Below the pieces are notes generated by a model that saw nothing but the letters and a program-made list of their open reading frames with translations, had not been told where the DNA came from and made no database searches. Shown here in pieces: positions 13,441-13,515 of a DNA stretch of 13,515 bases; positions within the stretch are counted from its first letter, which is position 1; every line of letters starts with the position of its first letter. A program made the position numbers and the translations under genes. The DNA comes from a virus (Duplodnaviria; Heunggongvirae; Uroviricota; Caudoviricetes), in IMG/VR virus record IMGVR_UViG_3300028952_000008, positions 1-13,515 of that record. The stretch is one strand, 5' to 3'.

Positions 13441-13515
13441 TAGTGTTTTATGTTCAGATAATGCCCGATGACTTTGTCATGCAGCTCCACCGATTTTGAG
13501 AACGACAGCGACTTC

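Noticed and set aside
13463-13515. Possible start of another plus-strand gene at the right edge
   Set aside because: Only about 15 codons are visible before the window ends; too little to call.
1-13515. CRISPR arrays, tRNA/rRNA genes, integrase, att sites, IS elements
   Set aside because: I found no regularly spaced direct repeats, no cloverleaf-compatible 70-90 nt segments in the intergenic regions inspected, and no transposase or integrase-like ORFs; the prophage ends are evidently outside this window.

Overview
This window reads as a segment of a Rac-like lambdoid cryptic prophage of E. coli/Shigella, almost entirely transcribed on the minus strand; all protein calls rest on my own translation and recall of protein families, with no database search run. 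From right to left it contains: an immunity region (kilR-like, sieB, a small ydaF-like ORF, the racR repressor divergent from Cro-like ydaS and ydaT); a replication module (ydaU, DnaC-like ydaV); a block of uncharacterised genes including a tightly coupled three-gene operon with two tiny, highly acidic proteins; an assembly gap (7876-7885); a Hok/Gef type I toxin locus; a complete lysis cassette (pinholin, SAR endolysin, Rz with embedded Rz1); the AT-rich trkG potassium-transporter moron; and a long ORF running off the left edge that fuses a ParB-like nuclease domain in frame to a lambda J-like tail protein segment. The most notable sequence-level signals are three dispersed copies of a 19-bp palindrome (GTAACGC-N5-GCGTTAC) in and just upstream of ydaU, and four AGTACAT motifs flanking racR. 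I found no CRISPR array, tRNA, integrase or IS element, and could not identify a Q antiterminator or late promoter. Coordinates for features not in the ORF track were counted by hand and may be off by 1-2 bp.
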